Virus record (IMG/VR): IMGVR_UViG_3300020178_000825
Span: 1-64,000 of that record
Source of the DNA: an uncultured virus (IMG/VR IMGVR_UViG_3300020178_000825)
Lineage: Duplodnaviria; Heunggongvirae; Uroviricota; Caudoviricetes
DNA: 64,000 nucleotides
Strand: one strand, 5' to 3'
The stretch's first letter is position 1. Each line of letters begins with the position of its first letter. Shown piece by piece: positions 38,501 to 47,500 of the stretch. Under the pieces are notes generated by a model. That model was not told the DNA's origin, did no database searches, and worked only from the letters and a program-made list of their open reading frames with translations. The translations under genes were made by a program, and so were the position numbers.

Positions 38501-41500
38501 CCGATGAACCAGCAGAACCAGCAGAACCTGTCGAACCATCACTACCAGATGTTCCACTTGTACCACTTGTACCGCTTGTTCCAGAAGTTGCTGAAGTTCC
38601 ACTACTTCCGCTTGTACCAGAAGTTGAAGAAGAACCAGAAGTACCAGCAGTGCCTGATGTGCCCGAAGTTCCACTTGTTCCTTCAGAACCAGTTGTACCA
38701 CTTGAACCCGTTGAACCCGAAGTTCCAGAAGTTGAAGATGTACCACTACTACCTGATGTTCCATTTGTACCAGAAGAACCCGAAGTTCCATCAGTACCTA
38801 TACCACTTGTACCAGCCGAACCTGTCGAACCACTACTTCCACTACTTCCACTTGAGCCCGATGAACCAGAAGTTCCAGATGTACCCGAAGAACCTGAAGT
38901 TCCCTCTGAACCAGTTGTACCACTTGAACCAGTTGAACCACTACTTCCACTACTACCCGATGTACCAGCAGAACCAGAAGTACCTGATGTACCAGCTGAG
39001 CCGGATGTACCACTTGTTCCAGAAGTTCCAGCTGAACCAGAAGAACCAGATGTACCCCCACTACCAGTTGAACCATCGGTACCTGAAGTTCCAGAAGTAC
39101 CACTTGAACCAGAAGAGCCCGAAGTACCTGTTGAACCAGTTGTACCCGATGAACCAGCTGAACCAGTAGAACCCGCTGAACCAGTAGAACCATCAGTACC
39201 AGATGTTCCCGATGTACCACGTGTTCCACTACTACCCGATGTACCAAATGAACCAGTTGTACCTGATGAACCAGTTGTTCCAGCAGTACCAGATGTACCA
39301 GCAGACCCGGTCGAACCATCAGTACCAGAAGTACCTGATGTTCCTGATGTTCCGCTTGTTCCAGAAGTACCAGAAGTTGCCGATGTACCAGAAGAACCAT
39401 TTTTATCTACTATCTCAATAGTACCAATCATTGATGAATGAATAGCACATTGATAAACTATACTATCAGGTGCATTTTCAGGTACTCTATATTTTATTAA
39501 TACATTTGTACTATGATTTCCGTTTGTTGGGTCATTGTTTGTAGTACCCGGAACTGCTGATGTATTACCATCTGCCAATCTCAATGCGAATGGATGCGAT
39601 GAACTTACATTACTTACATCAAAGTAGAATAATTCCCCTCTTACCACTGTTAGGGTTGGGAAATCTCCAGAAGTACCATCTATATTATATACAAACCCAT
39701 TACTTCTAACCACAAACATTCCACCACCTTCGATACCAGATGTTCCACTTGAACCACTACTTCCACTTGTCCCAGAAGTACCCGATGTTCCAGCAGTACC
39801 AGTTGAACCAGAAGTACCACTACTTCCACTTGTCCCAGAAGTTCCAGAAGAACCAGATGTCCCCGCTGAACCAGTTGTACCACTACTACCAGTAGTACCA
39901 CTACTTCCACTTGAACCAGATGAACCCGAAGTTCCAGAAGAACCAGAAGTACCATCTGAACCTGAGGTTCCAGAAGAACCAGATGTCCCCGCTGAACCAG
40001 TTGTACCAGAAGAACCAGTTGTACCAGAACTACCTGAAGTTCCATCAGTACCTGATGTTCCAGAAGTACCATCTATACCAGATGTACCAGAAGAACCAGT
40101 TGTACCTGATGAACCAGTTGTTCCAGCAGTACCAGATGTACCAGCAGTACCTGTTGTACCAGAAGTACCAGCTACTTCAGCTATACTCTTAGTTTGTAAT
40201 TTTTTATTAGTTGTATCATAGATTACTAAATCATTGGAACTACCAGTTTCTAAATCTAAGAATACACTACCAGTTACAACTAAACTTCCAGTTACATTTA
40301 AACTACCACTTAATTCAGCTTTTCCTGAGAATGGGAATCCATCACCAGTAGAGTTACTTAATACTTCTACCAATACTCCATCTGAACCAGAAGGTGTTAC
40401 ACTAACACCAGAACCAGTAAAGTTCATATTTCCTACTAATCCATTTACTACTGAACCAGTTTCAAATATGTATAAATCAGTTCCACCACCACCAGCACCA
40501 GCATTTAATGCGTATGAAGCGGTTACTGCAAATAATGAATATGATGATGTAGCCACACTCATTGAAGAGGTTTGGCTATTTTGTATGTATTCACTTAAAT
40601 CAACACTAACTTCAGCATTTTCAGCGTAAGATGCTGTAATTGCGAATGAAGAAGAAAGAACGGTCATTGATGCCGTTTGTTCGTTTCTTACAAAGTTTTC
40701 TAAATCTTGTAGTGCTGCTAATGATGCTGAATCTAATCCAGCTACCGAAGATGCAGTTCCAGCAGTTTCAGCGAATATAGCATATGATGCTGAACTAACT
40801 GTTCCTATTACATTATCACCACTTATTGCTCCACTAATTTTAGAACCACCACTACCAACAACGATTTGTCCACTTGTTAATCCACTAAACTTAACTTTAA
40901 CAGTATTATTATCAATAGATTCAATAGCTAAAGGAATAATCATTCCATTTGAACCAGTTTCATAAACCTGTACTATTGGATATGCTACATCAAAGTTATG
41001 AACAATAGTTACTTCAGTAGCATTTGAGAATGGTTCGGTTGTAGTTGGAGTAGATTCAGGTACAGGTACAAATTTGTTTGATGCCGCATCAAATATTAGA
41101 ATTTCTCTATCTTCAGCATCACCCTCACCTCTATATGCTCCCTCAAATGAACCAGAAAGTAAACCACCTCTAAATACACTTGCGGTAATATCGTTTGCAG
41201 TAATATCGTTTACTGTAATATCATTTTGAACTGTCAAATCACCCTCAATAGATGCCGAAGTGTTTACTACGAAACCTTGAACAGGTGATACAGATGCCGT
41301 TACCGAACCAGAAGTAATTCTAGTTTGGTCTAAATCAAAGATTGCATCCGCTGGAATATCAAATAGATTTCTACCACTACCACTAAATGATGAACCACTA
41401 ATTAGTGAGATTGCCCCACTTACGAATAATGAACCAGTTAATTGTGAACCACTCTCAGGTGCAAATACTACAAATCCGTTGTTATCACTTACTTGTGCGA

Positions 41501-44500
41501 ATGTTGAACCAGAAGTAATTAAATCTAATTCTAAATCTGTCAACGATTCCGCTGGGATATTGAATAATCCACCACCATCACCTCTGAATAGAGATGCCGA
41601 TAATGGAACATTTACAGTTAATTGATTTGGGTCAATCACAGCTTCACCAGAACCAGATTTGATTCTATCCAATTCTAAGTCTTGAAGTGCTTCCGCTGGA
41701 ATGTTAAATAATCCACCACCATCACCTACAAATAGAGATGCTGATATTGATTCTGATATAAATACCGAACCACTAAATTCTGATTTTACAGATGATGTAG
41801 AGAATACTCTAAAGAACCCACTTTCATCAATAGATGCAGTTACAGAACCCGTAGCAATTCTATCAGCATCAAATGCTAAGTTAGCGATTGAAATATTTGT
41901 TAAACCACTACCATCACCACTAATTACACCACCTACATTTAGGGATTGCGATATTTCAACCGAACCACTAAACTCAGATTTAACTCCACCAAACGGGTCC
42001 TCAACAATGAATCTACCATCTTCATTTGTAGATGCAGTTACCGAACCAGTTACGATTTGTGCTACATCAAATGCTAAGTTAGCAAGTGAGATATTTGTAA
42101 GACCGGAACCATCACCAGTATAGATACCACCAATTTCTATTGATTCAGAAACAAATAACGAACCACTAAGTTCGGTTCTAACAGAACCAGTAGATTCTAC
42201 TACAAATTTACCATCGTTAGATACCGATGCCGTTACTGAACCGGTTACTAATCTATTTACATCAAATGATAAGTTTGCTAATGAAATGTTGGTTAATTGA
42301 GAACCATCACCAGCAAATGAACCAGAGAATGAACCACTAAGTTCTAAATTTTCTCTTGTATTTTCCCATCTTTGAGAACCACTATTCCAAACTAATAAAT
42401 CACCATCATCGGATTTAATTGAACCACTATCAACCAATATAGCATCAGATGTAGTAATTTGTACATCATGTAAATCATATAAGTGGTCTCCCAAATGAGG
42501 TCTTACCAATAATGTTACATTGTTACCATTCTTAGCAGTAACTACAGCGATAGATGATTTTAAGTTTGGAGCTTCAGGTTGAACATTTGTTAAACCACCT
42601 GGTCTTTGAGGGTCTCCATAAAGAATATCACCCTCTGCCCAAACTGAACCACTATCTTTTAAAGAACCCGATTCTAATGCGTTTATCTGAACTCCTCTTA
42701 CATATCCAAACCAAGTTACAAATCCTTCTTGATTATTATCGATAGGTTCGGTAAGAATACCAACTAATAAATCCTCAGCGTAAGTTCCATCGGTTACTGA
42801 TTTTATTACTCTAATTCTATTACCTTGTGCTGGTTGAGCTGGGTCAACCATTACTAAAGTACCATTGATTAGATTATTACCATCTTTGTTTACAACAGGC
42901 GGATAATATAATTCTTGTCCTAATTGAAGTGTAGCTTCATTGCCCTTCATTCCTAAATCAAGAGTACCATCGGTTTCGTTCCACTTCAATCTACCAGCTA
43001 CACTCTGAATTCCATTATCAAAATTAATGAAATCTAAATAAGATGCGGTAATTGAAGATGCTGTGATATGATTTGCTACTAATTTTTCAGTAGTTGTTGT
43101 ATCACCAACAATTAAATCGTTTGTTATAGAACCATCATTTGCGATAATAGTTTGTGATACATCTAAATTACCACTAACTTCAGTCTTACCTTCAAATGCA
43201 ATTCTTTCATTTATATTAAGATTATCAGCAACTCTAATACTACCACTTAATGAAGAAGATTCTTCAGAAATATAGTAAAGTGTACCAGGAGCTGATTGAG
43301 GAACTGTAAATACGATTGAACCACTATCCTCACCATTATTGGTTACACCAGTTGAGAATAAATCACCACTACCAGTTGTATTGTTTGTTTTTAAGTAGAA
43401 GTTGTAATTTGGTGTATTTACATTGAATGTGTATTCAATACCTCTTACCAGCGTTAAAGTTGGTTCTTCTACACTATCCACCAAGTATGATGAACTATCA
43501 GCGTTAAATGTTATATAGAATGATTGAGATACAGCCTCTACTTCAGTAATTGATGATGAAATCACCAATCCACCAGTTACGAAAGTATCACCAATAACTT
43601 TTAAGTTACCTTCAATTGATGCTGATGAGTTTACTTCAAATCCATTATTTGGTGAAACCGATGCGGTTACTGAACCACTTGCGATAAATGAACGAGGAAG
43701 TACATCCTCAGCAAGTGCTGAAAGTGGAATATTAAATAAATCTCTACCACTTCCACTAAATGAACCACTAAAGTCTCCTAAGAATTTACTAGCACTTACC
43801 TCATTAGCTGTTATAGTGTTGGATACATCTAAATTACCAGTTACAAATGTACTACCTGTTATATTTAGATTACCAACTACCTCAGTATCACCAATTAAAT
43901 CAATTTGTCCGTATAGTGGTATTTCATCAACTATATTGAATTCACCAGCCATTGCAAGGTGATTTTCACAATTATAATAAAGTGTATTTGGAGCGGAACC
44001 AGAAACTATCCAAGTTATAGTACCATTTTCAGTACCATTATTTGTTATTACACTACCACTATATTCAAATTCAGTTCCATCGGAATTTTGAGTTTTTATA
44101 TAGAATGGATGTGAAGGTGCATTTACATTGAATGTATAAGTTAATCCTCTTACAATTGTAATTGTTGGGTTATCACCAACTACACCACCACTAAATCTAT
44201 ATGCGGATGAACCCTCATTGATAACATTAAATGTTGTATTTATTGAACCAGTATCAACAAATCCGTTTGATGATGATACTATGAAACTACCTGTTATTCT
44301 TACATCATCCTCTAAGTTAGTTGTTGTATTGACTACAAACCCTAAGTTGGGTGAAATGGATGCAGTAGCAGAACCACTAGCTATTCTCTTAGCTTCCTCA
44401 GCGAACTCAGCCGCAGGTAAGTTGGTTAATTGAGAACCATCACCCACAAAGAATGATGCCGATACCGTACCTTCACTTGCAGTAATATCAGTACCAACTT

Positions 44501-47500
44501 TAAATCCTTCATTTACATCTAAACTTCCACTAATTTTAACTGAACCCGTAAATTCAGAACCACTTTCAGTAGATTCTACAAAGAATCCTCTTTCAGGTGT
44601 TACTGAAGCAGAAACGCTACCACTAGCAATTCTAAATGCTTCTTCAGTAAGTGCCGATTGTGGAATGTTGAATAAACCACTACCATCACCAGTTATAACA
44701 CCATCTACATCTAATGAATTAGTTACAAATACTGAACCTGTAAATTCTTGTCTATTATCTAAACTATTTCCAAATGTATTTGAACCAGAAGATGTAATTA
44801 CAACCGAATCTATAAATGTTACATTTAACTCTCTAGCATTTATAGCCCCACTTACATATAAATCATTATCAATTGTTAAATCACCTTGAATCGAACCAGA
44901 AGTATTAACTACAAATCCTAAATTAGGTGATACAGACGCAGTTACAGAACCACTAGCAATTCTTGGAGAATCTTCTGCTAATGCCGATTGAGGAATATTA
45001 AATAATCCAGCACCATCACCTTTAAAAATACCATCGTTTATTTGAACATTTCCACTTACGAAAAGTGAACCAGTGAATAATGAACCACTATCTAAAGATT
45101 CTACAACAAATCCTCTATCTGGGTCAGTTGATGCGGTTACCGAACCACTACCGATTCTAGGTGCATCCCCACTAAGAGATGTAAATGGAATATTATTAAG
45201 TTGTGAACCATCACCAGCAAATGAACCAGAAAATGAACCAGTAAATTCTTCTGAAGTGATAATCGTAGCATCTAACTCATCTACATTAATCTTACTAGCA
45301 GTTAAATCATTTGAAATTACTACAGAACCAGTTATATCAATACTACTTGTAAATTGAGAACCACTACCAGCATTTACGATAAAGAACTCTCCACTTTCAA
45401 CCGATGCCGTAGCAGAACCACTAGCAATTACAGGAGATTCTTCAGCTTGTACATTTGTTAATTGAGAACCATCACCAATGAAAAATTTAGAAGTAATTGA
45501 TTCTGAAACAAATACAGAACCACTAAATTCTGATTTGGTAGTTCCAGTAGAATCTTCTACTCTAAATATGTTACTACCAGATTCAGGCGGTACTACTATC
45601 ACCGATGCAGTAATAGAACCACTTGTAATATTATTTGTAAGTAATGCATCTTCAGTTAATGCTGAACGAGGAATATCAAATAAATCTCTACCACTACCAC
45701 TAAATGCGCCACTAACTTCATTACCAATGAATCTATCAGCGGTTACATCATCAGTAACTTCAACATCTTTAGCAAATATCGTAGTTGATGCAGAAATACT
45801 ACTATCAAATGTTGCTGGTACATTTACTTGGAATCCTAAGTTAGGTGAAATCGATGCGGTTGCCGAACCAGATGCTATTCTTGGTGAATCACCAGAAAGT
45901 TGTGCGGCCGGAATATTAAATAAACCACTACCATCACCCTGAAATAGTGATGCGGTTACTGATTCTGAAATAAATAATGACCCACTAATTCTAGTAGTAT
46001 CACCCAATTCTATAAGTGATACTTCAGCTTGACCTGGAGTTTGTTCTGCTTTTACAAATAATCCACCAGTGATTGTTGTGAATGTATTTACATTCATTCC
46101 ACCATTTGGATTAAGAGAAGCAGTAATTGAACCAGTTGCTATTAAATTTGATAATAATGCATCTGGTGCTAATGCTGAACGAGGAATATCAAATAAACCT
46201 TCACCACTACCACTAAACATAGATGCGGATAAACTACCACTTACTCCAAGAGAACCACTTAATTCAGTTCGTATTTCTTTTCTAGTTGTATCTTCTACTC
46301 TAAAAAGACTTGGTTCATCTGAACCTGATTTGTATAATAATGAAGCCGATACTGAACCACTAGCAATTCTAAATGCTTCTTCTGATAATGCGTTTAATGG
46401 TATATTGAATAATCTACTACCATCACCTTCAAATGATGAACTTATAATTCCACTTGCGGTTACATTACCAACAATCTCAGTTTCACCAATTAATGTTTGT
46501 TTATCTTCAGCTGAATCACCAAATATATTTGAACCAGATGAATAAACAATCGATGATGAAATAAAGTTTGTATATAATTCGTTTGTTGTAATTCTACCCG
46601 TTACAACCAAATCACTATCTATTCTAACATCTTGCTCAAATAATGAAGATGTATTAACTACAAATCCTAAGTTTGGAGAAACGGATGCAGTTGCTGAACC
46701 ACTTGCAATTCTAAATGCTTCTTCAGTTAATGCTGATTGTGGAATATCAAATAATCCAGCACCACTACCACTAAACATAGATGCTGATACTGGGAATTCA
46801 AATTTTGAGAATGTATTAACTACAAATCCTTCATTTGGTGAAATTGATGCAGTTGCAGAACCACTACTAATTTTATTAATATCAAATGCTAAAGCTGATT
46901 CCGGTATATCAGTTAACCCAGCACCACTACCACTAAATACCGATGCAGAAACTCCACTTTCTACAAACACCGAAGAACTAAATTCTGCTCTATTAGTACC
47001 TTCTAATCTAAATCCAAATACTGGGGATACTGATGCCGTTACCGAACCACTAGCTATAAATGATGAAAGTAATGCATCTTCTGTTAGTGCACTTCTTGGT
47101 ATATCAAATAAATCCCTACCACTACCACTAAATACTGAACCTGAAGATAGTTTTACATCACCGAAGAATGTTGAACCACTTTCTATCGAAGTTACTACAA
47201 ATCCATCTTCTGGGTTTGTAGATGCGGTAATTGAACCACTAAATATTAATGAAGTATCTAAATCTACAATAGCAGCTACTGGAATATCAAATAGTTTAGC
47301 ACCACTACCACTATATGATGAACCGCTTTCTACTCTAACCTCTCCAAAGAATGTTGAACCACTAGCGATTGAAGTTACAACAAAACCATCTTCAGCATCA
47401 ACGGATGCGGTTACTGAACCAGAAGTAATTTTACTTATTTCAAAAGAAAGTGCTGATTCTGGAATATCGAATAAGTTAGCACCACTACCACTAAACGAAC

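Noticed and set aside
36010..39398. InaZ-type ice nucleation protein
   Set aside because: Composition is similar, but the periodicity is 3 residues, not the AGYGSTxT 8/16-residue repeat.
35981..40192. 853-aa antisense ORF and overlapping alternative-frame ORFs
   Set aside because: Same artefact of the Gly-X-Y coding repeat.
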